Positions 47,413 to 58,481 of a DNA stretch of 64,000 bases are shown here, one piece after another. Below the pieces are notes generated by a model. It saw only the letters and a program-made list of their open reading frames with translations. It was not told the DNA's origin and ran no database searches. How positions within the stretch are numbered: position 1 is the stretch's first letter; every line of letters begins with the position of its first letter. The DNA lies in NCBI GenBank assembly GCA_965204725.1, contig OZ242005.1, positions 1,824,001 through 1,888,000 of the forward strand, read 5' to 3'. The translations under genes were made by a program, and so were the position numbers. This DNA comes from Candidatus Latescibacterota bacterium. Lineage in GTDB: Bacteria; Latescibacterota; UBA2968; UBA8231.

Positions 47413-48662
47413 TGACGGCCAAACCCCACCTGCCCCCATCCCCCATAGACGCGGGCAAAGTCACCGTAACCGCGATTGAGTCGGTGCAGCCGCTCGATTT
47501 GTTCCCCGACTTGCTGCTGGTGCGCGTCCACACCGACGCCGGCCTCATCGGCCACGGCGAAACGTACTATTGCGCCGAGGCCGTGCAGGCCATGCTACAC
47601 GACTGGATGGCGCGTCGGCTGTTGGGCGAGGACGCGCTGGCCATTGAGTCTCACTGGCGCTTCCTCTACGAGCGGGCCGCAAATTTTGGCGTCCGCGGCA
47701 CCGAGCTCCGCGCCTTGTCGGCGCTGGACGTGGCGCTGTGGGACCTGCTCGGCCAAGTCTGCAACCAGCCCATATATCGCCTGCTCGGCGGGCCGGTGCG
47801 CGACAAAATTCTGGTGTACAACAGTTGCGGCAATCCCCAGTACGGGCCGAGTACCACCGGGCGCAGGGGGTGGCCGGGCTTTGGCACCATTGGCGAGCCG
47901 GGGCCGCTGGGCGATTCGTGGAAGCTGTTCCACGAGCCGGTCGCGCTGGCCGAGGAGTTGGTCGCGCTGGGCTATAGCGGGTTAAAGGTCTGGCCCTTTG
48001 ATCAAGCGGCCATCCAGTACGGGCCGGCGCGCATTCCGCACCGCGCCATTGAAGAAGGCGTCCAGCCCTTGCGTGCGATCCGCGACAAGGTGGGGATGGA
48101 CCTCGACATCTTCGTCGATGGCCACGCCCATTTCCAGCTCCCGGCGGCGCTGCGCATTGCCGAGGCGTTGCGCGAAGTGCAGCCGCTGTGGCTGGAGGAC
48201 GTGATCAAGATGGACAACCTCGACACCGTAGCCGACTTCCGCCGCCAGAGCCGGATGCCCATCTCCGTGAGCGAGATGCTGCTAAGCCGGGCCGATTACA
48301 ACTCCGTCCTCATGCACCAAGCCGCCGATTACGCGATGATCGACCCGACTTGGGTCGGCGGGATTTCCGAGACAGCGCGAATCGCCCATCTGGCCCAGAC
48401 CTATAACGTGCCGGTCAGTATGCACGACTGCACCGGCCCGCTGACGCTCTTTGCCGGCTTGCACGTGGGGGCCGCAGTGGCCAACTGCTGTTATCAGGAA
48501 ACCGTGCGGGCGCAAATCCAGACGGTGTATCGAGAATTGATCGACGTAGAGGTAGAAATCAAAGACGGATACGTGCGTCTGCCCCAAGGCAGCGGCTTGG
48601 GGGTCCGCCTAAACCCCGATTTGTTCAAGCCAGAACGACCGGGCTATCGGATTTCTCATTAG
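47412..48662 (+). CDS. Mandelate racemase/enolase superfamily dehydratase
   Basis: G.GET, SALDVALWD, KVWPFD, WLED, HDCTGP; ATG overlaps the upstream TAA. Confidence 0.9.
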   Translation: MTAKPHLPPSPIDAGKVTVTAIESVQPLDLFPDLLLVRVHTDAGLIGHGETYYCAEAVQAMLHDWMARRLLGEDALAIESHWRFLYERAANFGVRGTELRALSALDVALWDLLGQVCNQPIYRLLGGPVRDKILVYNSCGNPQYGPSTTGRRGWPGFGTIGEPGPLGDSWKLFHEPVALAEELVALGYSGLKVWPFDQAAIQYGPARIPHRAIEEGVQPLRAIRDKVGMDLDIFVDGHAHFQLPAALRIAEALREVQPLWLEDVIKMDNLDTVADFRRQSRMPISVSEMLLSRADYNSVLMHQAADYAMIDPTWVGGISETARIAHLAQTYNVPVSMHDCTGPLTLFAGLHVGAAVANCCYQETVRAQIQTVYRELIDVEVEIKDGYVRLPQGSGLGVRLNPDLFKPERPGYRISH

Positions 48663-48692
48663 CTTTTCACTTTCCACCGCAAGGAGCTTCCC

Positions 48693-49916
48693 ATGAAAAT
48701 CGCCCATATCGAGCAAATCCCCATCGCCATGCCCCTAGCCCAGCGCTACGACAATCACGCCGGCCGCATGCGCATGTACGACATGGACCAACACCTAGTG
48801 GTTAAAGTTCACGGCGACAACGGGTTGGTCGGCTACGGTGACTACGAGGACAATCCCAATCCCACCCCCCAAGCCGCGATTGACGCGCTCATCGGCACCA
48901 GTCCTTTCGACTATTTGCTCAACAATTTCCACCTCGCCTTGGGCATGGCACTCTACGACCTGATGGGCAAGTACTTGGGCGTCCCCGCGTACAAGCTAAT
49001 GGGGCAAAAAGTGCGCGACGTCGCCCCCTGCGCCGCTTGGACCCGCCCCTGTCCCCCCGACGTTTTCGCCGGCGAGATCCAGCGCGCCGTAGATCAGGGC
49101 TACCGCGTCTTCAAAATGCACTCGGACGCCCGCTACGACGTCATTGAGCAGACCCGAGCGGCGGAAAAAGTGGCACCGCCCGGCTTCAAATTGCACTGGG
49201 ATCTCAATCACAACCGCACCCTAGGCACGGTCCTGCCCATTGTCGCCGAGTTAGAAAAATCACCGATCGTCGGGTTTATCGAAGACCCGCTGGTGTGGAG
49301 TGACATTGATGGCTGGCGCACCCTGCGCGAGAAGACCAAAATCCCCCTCGTCATGCACGTCCCCCAGTTGGGCGGCATCCAAGAAGTGATCCGCGGCGTC
49401 GCCGATATCTACATGATTGGCGGACGCCTTGGCGACACCCTGACCTCGGGTTTTGCCTACGGCAAGGCCAACGTCCAGTGCCTAATCCAGCAATGCGGCA
49501 ATACCCTGATGAAGGCCCTCACCCTGCACCAAGCGGCCGTCCTGCCCACGGCTTCGGCCCATATCATCACCCTAGACGACCAGTTCGAGTCCGATATTGC
49601 CGAAAAAATTCCAGTCGTTGAGGGCTTTTCACCCGTACCCGAAGGCCCGGGGCTGGGCGTGGAAGTACGAGAAGAAGCGCTGGCTCAAGCCGCGGCCCGC
49701 GCCCATCTGCCTAGCGCCTCCTACATCGGCGTGCTGCATTTTGCCGGCGGCCATAAAGCCTACAGCTTGGGTAGCCCCAACATCAACCGCCTGACCGGCA
49801 CCGAAGAGGGCCGCCTTGCTGGCCTCAACTTTGAGTACTGGACCGACGACGGCTCGGCCGAATACGCCCGCGTCCTCAAGCGCTTGCAGGAGGAAGGGCC
49901 GTTTATCGAGGGCTAG
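48693..49916 (+). CDS. Mandelate racemase/enolase superfamily protein
   Basis: MALYDLMGK..PAYKL.G, KMH, D.N, EDP, GPGLG. Confidence 0.88.
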   Translation: MKIAHIEQIPIAMPLAQRYDNHAGRMRMYDMDQHLVVKVHGDNGLVGYGDYEDNPNPTPQAAIDALIGTSPFDYLLNNFHLALGMALYDLMGKYLGVPAYKLMGQKVRDVAPCAAWTRPCPPDVFAGEIQRAVDQGYRVFKMHSDARYDVIEQTRAAEKVAPPGFKLHWDLNHNRTLGTVLPIVAELEKSPIVGFIEDPLVWSDIDGWRTLREKTKIPLVMHVPQLGGIQEVIRGVADIYMIGGRLGDTLTSGFAYGKANVQCLIQQCGNTLMKALTLHQAAVLPTASAHIITLDDQFESDIAEKIPVVEGFSPVPEGPGLGVEVREEALAQAAARAHLPSASYIGVLHFAGGHKAYSLGSPNINRLTGTEEGRLAGLNFEYWTDDGSAEYARVLKRLQEEGPFIEG

Positions 49917-51376
49917 TCGTACCAGTCCCGCAACGCCGGATAAAGCGCCCGGTAGCGCTCAAAAGCCCGCCGGTACTCTGCGGCTCGCGCCCGGTCGCAG
50001 CGCACCGTCTCAGCCAACTTGACCGTGCGCTGGCAAGCGGTGGCAAAATCCGCATAGAGTCCGCCGCCGACGCCCGCTAACAACGCCGCCCCGATCGCCG
50101 ACAGATCGTCGGTGGCGATCCGCACCACGTCGCGCCCCAAAATATCGGCCTGAATCTGCCGCCACACCTCTGAGTGCGCTCCGCCCTCGCCTATCCGCAG
50201 TTCGTCGATGGGCAAGCCGATCTCGGCAAAGCAGTCGAGCGAGTGCCGCAAGTCGAAGACGACCCCCTCTAGCACGGCCCGCACCAAATGCCCCTTCGTG
50301 TGCCCCAGCGACAGCCCGACAAAGCCGCCGCGGGCGCGGGCGTCGGGCCGCGGCGTGGCCCTTCCTTCGAGCCAAGGCATGAAAAACACGCCCTCGGCCC
50401 CGGCCGGAACCGCCGCCGCCGCCGCGGTCAACTCTTCGTAACAGCCCCCGAACTCCTCCTTGAACCACTTGAGCGAGGCCCCCCCGGTAAATGAGCAGCC
50501 CAGCCAAGCGTATTTGCCGGGGATGGGATGGCACATCGGCCAGAGCTTGTCAAAGGCCCGCTGATCCAGCGTCTCGGCAAAAGCCGTGGCGTGTGCCGCC
50601 GTGCCAATGCCCAAGCCGATAATGCCCGGCTCAATGACCCCAGCCCCGAGGATCATGCAAGGCATGTCCCCGCCGCCCGCGACGACGGGCGTGCCCGCCG
50701 CCAGCCCGGTCTGCTCGGCAGCCGCTTGGGTTACGGCCCCGACCACGACCGGCGAATCGACCAAGCGCGGGAACAGCCTCATATCGACTTCCAAGGCCGC
50801 TAGAATTTCCCCGCACCACTGGCGCTCGTGTAGATCAAACGCCGCCGTTGTCGAGGCATCCGACACCTCGGCTGCTATCTGTCCGGTGAGCCGGTAGCGC
50901 AGCCAATCCTTGGGAAGCAGCACCCAGCGGCTCTGCTGGTAAACGTCGGCTGCATGGTCTTTTACCCATAGCACCTTCGCTAAGGTATTAACCGGCCCCA
51001 ACCGCATGAGCGTCCGCTCCCGCAGCAAGTCTCCCGCCCGCTGCTCGGCCCAATCGCACTCTGCTTGCGAGCGGTGATCGAGCCAGATCGGCACCCGCTG
51101 CAAGGGCTGCCCAGCGCGGTTGACAAATACCGCGCCGTTGATCTGCCCCGACAGGCCGACACAGGCGACCTGCGCTGGGTCCCTATCGGCGAGTGCCTGA
51201 CGCGCCGCCGCGCACAGCCCGCGCCACCAGTCCTCCGGGTCCTGCTCAACCCACCGCGGATGCGGCTTGTAGAGCGGATACTCGGCCTGCCCTCTAGCGA
51301 TGAGATCGCCCGCCTCGTCGAGGAGGACGGCCTTGGTGCTTCCCGTGCCCAAGTCAATGCCCAGTGCGTAGCGCAT
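49913..51376 (-). CDS. xylB: Xylulokinase (FGGY family)
   Basis: GIDLGT...K, EQDPEDWW, SGQ, LPKDW, GGGD, RAVLEGV, GGA.S.VW.QI.AD; exact substrate uncertain. Confidence 0.8.
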   Translation of the reverse strand: MRYALGIDLGTGSTKAVLLDEAGDLIARGQAEYPLYKPHPRWVEQDPEDWWRGLCAAARQALADRDPAQVACVGLSGQINGAVFVNRAGQPLQRVPIWLDHRSQAECDWAEQRAGDLLRERTLMRLGPVNTLAKVLWVKDHAADVYQQSRWVLLPKDWLRYRLTGQIAAEVSDASTTAAFDLHERQWCGEILAALEVDMRLFPRLVDSPVVVGAVTQAAAEQTGLAAGTPVVAGGGDMPCMILGAGVIEPGIIGLGIGTAAHATAFAETLDQRAFDKLWPMCHPIPGKYAWLGCSFTGGASLKWFKEEFGGCYEELTAAAAAVPAGAEGVFFMPWLEGRATPRPDARARGGFVGLSLGHTKGHLVRAVLEGVVFDLRHSLDCFAEIGLPIDELRIGEGGAHSEVWRQIQADILGRDVVRIATDDLSAIGAALLAGVGGGLYADFATACQRTVKLAETVRCDRARAAEYRRAFERYRALYPALRDWYD

Positions 51377-51385
51377 CTTCCCCTC

Positions 51386-52639
51386 CTATCCGAATCGATC
51401 GACGTTGCACAAACTCAGATTAAAACCCGGCTCCTCGCCCTGCACCACGCGCGCGGTCACCGCCCCAGTAACCGCCCCCAGCGAGACCCCAATCATGGCG
51501 TGCCCGGCGGCCACCGTGAGATTGTCGTAGGCGCGCGCCCGCCCTAAAAAGGGCAGGCCATCCGGCGTACAGGGCCGCAGGCCCCGCCACACTTCGATTA
51601 AGTCCAGCGCATCCGGCGTCCACGCCGGTACGTAGCGCGGCACCGCATTGACAATCGCGGCAACCCGCCGGCGGTTGATCGACATATCCATGCCCGCCAG
51701 TTCGAGCGTACCGGCAAAGCGCAGCTTGTCCCCCATGGGGGTCGCGCCAACGCGAGCCTCCACCAACATCAGGGGGACCGCCGGGCACGGATGCGGCTTG
51801 TGGAAGGTGACGCTGTAGCCCTTGGCCGGCTGCACCGGCAGGGACAAGCCCAGCGCGCGGGCCACGCCCGGCGACCACGCCCCACTGCACAGCACGACTT
51901 CGGCCGCGACAAAATCCCCGCGCGTCGTCTCGACCACTTGGACGCGACGCCCCTTTTTGCCAAACCCCAACACCTCGGTTTTTTCCCTGAACTGCACCCC
52001 GCGCTCGACGCAGCGCGCGGCTAACGCACGCACGAGACGCGCTGGATCCAAGTGGGCGTCTTGCGCGTAAAACGCCCCGCCCACGCAGTCCAATTCTACG
52101 GCCGCACTCTGCCGCGCCTGTTGGGCATTGACCATTTCCACCTCCAGCCCTATCTCCTGCATCAGCTCGGCTTCTTCGCGGACGTGCTGCAAGCCTTGTT
52201 CGTTCTTGCACAACAGGAGCCGACCCTCGTGCCCAAAGGCAAAATCCAATTCCGCGGCCAAGCCCTGATAAAGCCGCAAGCTCTCCAAGTGCATATCGCG
52301 CAACAGCGGCATGGCCTGCCGCACCCGCCGCAGGGTGCTGGCCTTGCGGAATTGCCACAGCCAAGCCATTAGCGCGCGCTCCCAGCGCCATTTGATGTAG
52401 AAGGGGCTGTCTGGGTCAAACATCCACCGCAGACCTTGGGCCATAACCCCCGGCTCGGCCAGCGGTACGCTGTGGCTGGGCACAATAAGCCCAGCGTTGC
52501 CATAGGAACTCCCCGCGCAGACCTCGTCCTTTTCGACCACCGTGACCTCGCGGCCCTGCTCCTGAAGAAAGTGCGCTGCGCAAATACCGACGACTCCGCC
52601 GCCGATGACCAGCACATCTACCTGTCGCGTCATAGCCAA
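51386..52639 (-). CDS. FAD-dependent D-amino acid dehydrogenase (DadA-like)
   Basis: IGGGVVG, SYGNAG, PAKGYS, WRGLRPCTPDGLP, GH...G. Confidence 0.9.
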   Translation of the reverse strand: MAMTRQVDVLVIGGGVVGICAAHFLQEQGREVTVVEKDEVCAGSSYGNAGLIVPSHSVPLAEPGVMAQGLRWMFDPDSPFYIKWRWERALMAWLWQFRKASTLRRVRQAMPLLRDMHLESLRLYQGLAAELDFAFGHEGRLLLCKNEQGLQHVREEAELMQEIGLEVEMVNAQQARQSAAVELDCVGGAFYAQDAHLDPARLVRALAARCVERGVQFREKTEVLGFGKKGRRVQVVETTRGDFVAAEVVLCSGAWSPGVARALGLSLPVQPAKGYSVTFHKPHPCPAVPLMLVEARVGATPMGDKLRFAGTLELAGMDMSINRRRVAAIVNAVPRYVPAWTPDALDLIEVWRGLRPCTPDGLPFLGRARAYDNLTVAAGHAMIGVSLGAVTGAVTARVVQGEEPGFNLSLCNVDRFG

Positions 52640-52753
52640 GCCTCGCGTTGGGTTGATCCGGCGTCTTGACGCCGGGCGCGTTTCGCGCTACGTATTCGAG
52701 GGAGATTATACGCCGAAAACCTGCGTTGAGCCACCAGCAGAAAGGAACTATCC

Positions 52754-53800
52754 ATGCTACATCGCGCCGTGCGCGTCGGAATGATTGGCTGCGGCACCCA
52801 AGCCAACGTTCACTTTGCCGGCATCGAGGCCCTCGGCGCAGCCCAAGCGACGGTTGCTGCGGTCTGCGACCTCGACGACGACCGCCTCAACGCCGCTTGC
52901 CAGCGCTGGCCCGAAGCCCGGGCCGCCCAAGACTATCGGGCCATGCTCGCCCCCGGCGACCTCGACTTGGTCATCGTCGCCACCATGCCCAACACGCACG
53001 AGGCCATATCGTTGGCCAGCCTCGACGCCGGGGCCTGCGTGTTGTGCGAAAAGCCTTTTATGATGAATGTCGCGCAGGCCGAAGCGGTCCTCGCCAAGGC
53101 CGCAAAAACCGGGCTGCAAGTCCAGCTCGGCACCAACATGCGCTATATGCCGAGTTCGCGGTATTTGCGCGATCTGGTCCAAACCGGCTCCATCGGCGAG
53201 CCCGTGTTCGCCAAGGCGTGGGGCTGCCACCACGACCCGCCCGTTTGGGGGCCGCACTATCACCTCGCGACCTCTGGCGGCGGCGTCCTCGCCTCGACCT
53301 TGGTCCACACGCTCGACTTGGCGATGTGGGTCGGCGGCTCGCCCAATCCGCTCACCGTTAGCGCGGCGACCCGACGCCTCTTCCCCGGCAAGCGCGGTCC
53401 CAAGGTCCATGCCGCCATCCACGCACGCTACGACGCCGAAGACCTCATCAGTGCCTTGGTGCGCTTTGACAACGGCACCTTTTACTCTTTGGAGGGCAAC
53501 TGGTGTAGCGAGGGGACCGACTTCCACAGCTTTGAGCTAACCACCACCCAAGGCACCATCACCGGCGCACCCTTTGCGGTCAAGGTGGATGTCCAAGGCG
53601 CGATCGTCGATCAAACGCCCCAACTCGACAGCGACGACGACTGGTTCCAAAGCGTCCACACCCAAGACGCCGCCCTCATCGCCCAACTCCGCGCCGGCGA
53701 GCCTTGGGCCATGCAGGACGCCCGCCAACTACTCAACCTGCAAAAGGTCGTCGATGCCTGCTACGAGTCGGCGCGTATAGGCCGAGAGGTTGTACTATAA
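52754..53800 (+). CDS. Gfo/Idh/MocA family oxidoreductase
   Basis: GMIGCG, VLCEKP, GGG...H..D. Confidence 0.9.
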   Translation: MLHRAVRVGMIGCGTQANVHFAGIEALGAAQATVAAVCDLDDDRLNAACQRWPEARAAQDYRAMLAPGDLDLVIVATMPNTHEAISLASLDAGACVLCEKPFMMNVAQAEAVLAKAAKTGLQVQLGTNMRYMPSSRYLRDLVQTGSIGEPVFAKAWGCHHDPPVWGPHYHLATSGGGVLASTLVHTLDLAMWVGGSPNPLTVSAATRRLFPGKRGPKVHAAIHARYDAEDLISALVRFDNGTFYSLEGNWCSEGTDFHSFELTTTQGTITGAPFAVKVDVQGAIVDQTPQLDSDDDWFQSVHTQDAALIAQLRAGEPWAMQDARQLLNLQKVVDACYESARIGREVVL

Positions 53801-53823
53801 CATACACGGCTGCAACGAGTTGA

Positions 53824-54882
53824 CTAAGGCCGCATGGCCTCGCCGCGCAACAGGATGGCGCGGATGTCGTAGCGGCCCGGGCGCTCGACCGGCAAATCCC
53901 CTGCCTCGATCATCACCTCCAGCGGCGAAGCCATCGTCCGCAGCGGCAGCGCGGTCACTTCGCGTAGCCGCGCCGACTCGTACGTGGCCATGATGATCTC
54001 CACCGCCGCCCGGCCGTTTTCCGCTTGACCGCGATGCTCAACCCGGCCTTCGATCCACTCCACGATCGCGCGCTGCTGCCCAACGCTGGGGTCCTCGCCC
54101 TCGCCCGGATGCTCTTCCCAAGTGCCGGTCTGGGGGTTGAGCAGCCGCACCTTGCGCTCGTCGAGTTCAATGATCCCCTCCGAGCCGTAGAAGACCCCGC
54201 CTTGGTAATTCGGGCCAGCCAACTCCTGCAAAAGCTGGCCGATGGCCCCGTTGTCGAACTGGACCACGCACAGACTGCGATCCTCAATGGGGATGTCGCG
54301 CTCAAAGCGCTCGGTTTTGCGCTCGATATTGCCCATGACCCACACGGCCTGCGGATCGCCCATCACGTAGCGCATCATGTCCAACAGGTGCGAGCAGTCG
54401 TTGAGCAAGCCCTGTCCGCCGCGGGCGTTGACCTGTCGCACCTCGCCAATGGCCCCGGCGGCCACCAGTTCCTTGGCCAAGGTCCACGCCGGATTGAAGC
54501 GGCGCTGATGGGCAATGGCCAGCTTGACGCGGTTGCGCTGGGCGGCGATGAGCATGGCGTCGCAATCGCCCAAATTTGTCGCCATGGGCTTTTCGCACAG
54601 CACGGCTTTGGGTTTGCGCGCACAGGCGGCAATCGTCTGCGGGGCGTGCAACTTGTGCCAAGTGCAAATCGAGACGATGTCGAGCACTTCCGCGTCAAGC
54701 ATTTGGCGAAAATCCTCGTAGCGTTGCGCGATCCCATGCCGCGCGCCGAACTCCTCCCGCGCCGCAGCCACCGGATCGGCCAGCGCCACCACCTCGACTT
54801 GGTCCACCCCGTTCCAGCCTTGGAGGTGATAGTTGGCAATGCTGCCACAGCCGATAATGCCCACTCGGTATTTTGCTGCCAT
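53824..54882 (-). CDS. Gfo/Idh/MocA family oxidoreductase
   Basis: GIIGCG, VLCEKP, HQRRF, H..D. Confidence 0.9.
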   Translation of the reverse strand: MAAKYRVGIIGCGSIANYHLQGWNGVDQVEVVALADPVAAAREEFGARHGIAQRYEDFRQMLDAEVLDIVSICTWHKLHAPQTIAACARKPKAVLCEKPMATNLGDCDAMLIAAQRNRVKLAIAHQRRFNPAWTLAKELVAAGAIGEVRQVNARGGQGLLNDCSHLLDMMRYVMGDPQAVWVMGNIERKTERFERDIPIEDRSLCVVQFDNGAIGQLLQELAGPNYQGGVFYGSEGIIELDERKVRLLNPQTGTWEEHPGEGEDPSVGQQRAIVEWIEGRVEHRGQAENGRAAVEIIMATYESARLREVTALPLRTMASPLEVMIEAGDLPVERPGRYDIRAILLRGEAMRP

Positions 54883-54903
54883 GTCGTCTTCCTTTGTTGG
54901 AGG

Positions 54904-56787
54904 TTAATTGATCCATTCGACAATCGCGTCCGCGCTCAGGCCCTCAGCCTCCACCACGAGTTGCGCTTCCGTGCCGGCCGCACGGTAGCATTGCCTAGCG
55001 ACGCGCTCTGGGAAGTGCGCCCCGGCCCCGTGTACCAACAGCCGCCCCGGCGCACACAACGATAGGGCCGTCCGCACGTCGCCCAAGGCGCGAATCCCCG
55101 GCGCGAAAAGTGCTCCGGTCCACGCTTCGTCGGCGCTGAGATCGCGGCCATCCCAATCTACCGCCGTGCGGTCGACGCCCTCAGCCAACGCCCGCGCAAA
55201 CAGGCACCAGATGCCGGCCTCGCCTTGGCCGACGAGGTGGCACTGGTCCACGCGCAGGTGCTGGTCCAAATAGGCCAGACCCGTGAGCAGGTCCTGCACC
55301 CGGCAAGCCATCGTCGCCTGATTGTACGTGTGGTACAGGGGATCCATCTCATCGTGCCCCACCCGCTCTGCACCATCGGTCAGGAAGGGGGCGACAATCA
55401 GCACGGCCCCACCCGCCTGCAACAGACCCTGCGCCAGCACCCCCGGCTCGTCGCCGCCCCAGTGTGCATCGGCCAGCAGCGTCGCTGGCATGTTGCCTTG
55501 GGGACCGCGCGGAATGAAAAACGCCGCCCGCACCCGCTCCCCTCGGCCCACGCGCCCCAGGACCAGATCTTCGACCACATAGCCCTCCTCCCGCCGAAAC
55601 CCCAAGCTCTCGACCGCCACTGGAGGCGCGGCATCCACCCCGAGCAGACTCGCCAACGCCGGGCGCGTCGGCTGCTCGAAGCGTCCCAACCGCTGCTCGC
55701 TGCGGGCAATCACGGCGGCAAAGACCCCTTGCGCGTCGAGCGCGTGGGCCGGTTTTGCGCGCCCGCTGAACACCAGCAAATCCTCGTCCCGCTCCACGGC
55801 AAACGCCTGTTCGGCGACCGGCCCTTGCCCGCCGAGCAGGTGGTGCTTAAAAAACGCGTACACCGCCTCGCGGCTCGGCTGGTTGTAATTGTGAGGGGCG
55901 TCTATTTGCACCTCGCTCACCTTGTTGTGCGCTCCGTAGAGGCCGTAGATCGCCTGCACTGCCGGGAACTCAACCTCCGGCGTGTTCGCCGTCCAGTCGC
56001 CGGTACACGACACCAGCAACAAGGGCCTCGGTGCCATGCAACTGGCGATTTCTACGTTGTTGATGTCCAGCCGCAAGTGGCCCTGATTCTCGCAGCGACA
56101 GCCGCCCTGCATAAAGGCCGAGACCATGTTGACCGGCGCCGCGGCCTTGATTCTCTCGTCAACCGCCATCAGCAAAAAGGTCTGCGTCCCCCCGCCGGAC
56201 GCGCCCGTGCAGCCTAGGCGCTCGGCCTGTACATCGGCCAGCGAGGAGAGAAAGTCAACCACCCGAATGCTGTTCCACAGTTGCAAGCTCAACGCGCCGA
56301 TCCCCCACAGGGCCTCGCGCCGCCCCCCAATCTCCCGATGCACGAATTGGTCGCTGTCGTTGTACCCGACCATGTCGTACGAAAAGGCGACCATGCCCTG
56401 CCGCGCAAAATTGATGCAGCGCCCGGCAATCGACCCCAACTCGGTGTTTTCGAGCCGCCCGCGCTGCCAGTGGCCGTGCGGACAAGCAAGCGCCGGAAAA
56501 GGCCCCTCCCCGAGCGGCCGGTACAGATTGCCGCAGACGAAAAAGCCGGGCAGGCTCTCAAAAAAGACCTTTTCCACCGCATAGCCCTCCCGCTCAATCC
56601 GCCCAAAAATCTGCGCCTTGAGCGGCGTCTTGGCCGGCAGCGGCCACAAGCCCGCGCAGACGAGAATGTGCCGGCGAATAGCCGCGGCCCGCTCTTCCCA
56701 CTCGGCCAGCGTCCGATAGCGGCGCAAGGCCCACGGCGTACTGACGTGTTTGACCTCGCCTAGCCGCTCATCCCGTACAACAGTCAT
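54904..56787 (-). CDS. Alpha/beta-hydrolase, acetylxylan esterase-like, two domains
   Basis: EKVFFESLPG, CPHGH, GASGGG nucleophile elbow, APRPLL, HNY; second degenerate hydrolase domain. Confidence 0.85.
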   Translation of the reverse strand: MTVVRDERLGEVKHVSTPWALRRYRTLAEWEERAAAIRRHILVCAGLWPLPAKTPLKAQIFGRIEREGYAVEKVFFESLPGFFVCGNLYRPLGEGPFPALACPHGHWQRGRLENTELGSIAGRCINFARQGMVAFSYDMVGYNDSDQFVHREIGGRREALWGIGALSLQLWNSIRVVDFLSSLADVQAERLGCTGASGGGTQTFLLMAVDERIKAAAPVNMVSAFMQGGCRCENQGHLRLDINNVEIASCMAPRPLLLVSCTGDWTANTPEVEFPAVQAIYGLYGAHNKVSEVQIDAPHNYNQPSREAVYAFFKHHLLGGQGPVAEQAFAVERDEDLLVFSGRAKPAHALDAQGVFAAVIARSEQRLGRFEQPTRPALASLLGVDAAPPVAVESLGFRREEGYVVEDLVLGRVGRGERVRAAFFIPRGPQGNMPATLLADAHWGGDEPGVLAQGLLQAGGAVLIVAPFLTDGAERVGHDEMDPLYHTYNQATMACRVQDLLTGLAYLDQHLRVDQCHLVGQGEAGIWCLFARALAEGVDRTAVDWDGRDLSADEAWTGALFAPGIRALGDVRTALSLCAPGRLLVHGAGAHFPERVARQCYRAAGTEAQLVVEAEGLSADAIVEWIN

Positions 56788-56813
56788 TACGTCCTCCTTT
56801 GATTGCTATTCGA

Positions 56814-57935
56814 CTACCAAGGAATGGCGTCGTACAAAAAGGCCGCTGCCTCGGCATGCGCCCGACTGTTGGGATGAAAATCCGTCGGGTGAACCCAGTA
56901 CTCCCGGGCGTCCTTGCCAGCGAATAGCGGGAGCAGGTCCACGTGGTGGATCCCCTCCTGCCGCGCCACGGCCTCGAGGATTTCGTGGACCTCTGTTAGG
57001 GGGTAGGCGTCCAGTTGGTAGAATACAGGCCAGACGACCAAAGAAAAGGCAATCCCCTTCGCCGAGCAGTACGTCTTCATCTGGCGGAGCAACTGCTGGG
57101 TCTGGGGCCAATGGGGGTTGTTGGTGTAGAGTTGTCGATACCACTCAATGGTTTCGCCAGCGATCTGCCGCCGCTGCAAGCGCCGGGCAAACCAACGCAG
57201 GGTATAGCTGTCCCGTCCCGCCAAAAATCGGACGGAGTCGGCATTGGACCGGAATTCTCCTTCCAACCTCACACGAGGCCCGTTCTTATTAAGAATACCT
57301 CTCAATTCCCACTCATCCATACGTCCTTTTCTTATTGGATCATTTAGGAAAAACGAATACACGACGCGATCAACCTGAGCAAGGGACTTGGCATAGCGCT
57401 CCATTCTCTGGGCGATCAGCTCGATATTCCAAGTCGGCTTACAGCCCCTGAAGAGTCGATAGCGCTCGGCTGGGTGCTCTCGATTCAATCGGAGCTCCAA
57501 GACATTCGAAAAGTGATCCACCACCCGCACCCCGACACCAAAGCAAAAGGAGTCGCCGACCAACAAGACGATTTTGTCCTGCTCCGCATCGAACGCAGCC
57601 ATGGGCCGCTCGCGCAGTCCCTCTTCGTTGCGGCGTATCTCAATGGCATTGGGCACTTTACGCGGCGATAGATTGGCGAGAGCGGGATCTTTGCTGGCAT
57701 TCCACCGATAGGTCAACTCCCCAAACGGGTGTGCCTGCCGTAGATCCCAGTCGGGCGTACCCGCAAAGTGGTCGTCGTAGCACGACAGGCTAAGGCTTGG
57801 ATCGTCCGTCTTGTAATAGACCATGGGATAGATCGGCTCGGCCTGAGCGAGGAGCCAAAAAGAGACTTCAACCACGAGCGCACTAACGGCCAAACTGGCA
57901 ACGGCCAACAGCAGCGTACCGCCGATCTTGCTCAT
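56814..57935 (-). CDS. SGNH/GDSL hydrolase family protein, copy 1
   Basis: N-terminal TM anchor, GLRE, VGDSF, LND, DFHPN; alternative GTG start at 57995. Confidence 0.85.
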   Translation of the reverse strand: MSKIGGTLLLAVASLAVSALVVEVSFWLLAQAEPIYPMVYYKTDDPSLSLSCYDDHFAGTPDWDLRQAHPFGELTYRWNASKDPALANLSPRKVPNAIEIRRNEEGLRERPMAAFDAEQDKIVLLVGDSFCFGVGVRVVDHFSNVLELRLNREHPAERYRLFRGCKPTWNIELIAQRMERYAKSLAQVDRVVYSFFLNDPIRKGRMDEWELRGILNKNGPRVRLEGEFRSNADSVRFLAGRDSYTLRWFARRLQRRQIAGETIEWYRQLYTNNPHWPQTQQLLRQMKTYCSAKGIAFSLVVWPVFYQLDAYPLTEVHEILEAVARQEGIHHVDLLPLFAGKDAREYWVHPTDFHPNSRAHAEAAAFLYDAIPW

Positions 57936-58005
57936 AAGGCGGCCGGCTCCTGCTGCCCACAGGCGACGACCACCGCCATGCCCCGTGCGCTCCACATCGA
58001 CAAAT

Positions 58006-58057
58006 GGGCAAGAGGCCCTCGATCCTTAGAAGGCTGGAGGCTGGTGTCGTGTAGTAA
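58006..58057. repeat. Partial copy (right part) of the 46165 element
   Basis: gggcaagaggccctcgatcctt...gtgtcgtgtagtaag. Confidence 0.65.
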
Positions 58058-58413
58058 GTGGGGTACTAAAAGAGGCGTGGCTAGCCCTAGGCCGCATGGC
58101 ACTGCGAGGGCCTTGAGGCCGTGCAGCAAGCCCCTCGCTACGCCAAACGGCCTCGCACGATCGGTGGGCCGATGCTGAGAAGCAGAGAATTTAGTGCTTA
58201 GTGATCGAGAAGAATTTGTGGGGGGTGGGGATAAATCGTTGTTATTAAATGACTTATGAACCATTAAATCGACGATAACTCCAAGCACCCAACAGGGCTC
58301 GGCACTCGCAGCAAGGCCCCCGTCTGATATGGAATGATCAAACATTATGTCTCGTTCGTCCTCTAACTGGCGGCACCAAATTTGCCGCCAAAAAAGGGGT
58401 TACAATGCACCTT

Positions 58414-58481
58414 AGTACGCGACACTTACGTTGAGTACCGCCCTCGATCCTTGGAGATTGGCCGCTGGTGTCGTGTAGTAA
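58414..58481. repeat. Internally shortened copy of the 46165 element
   Basis: agtacgcgacacttac...gccctcgatccttgga...gtgtcgtgtagtaa. Confidence 0.7.
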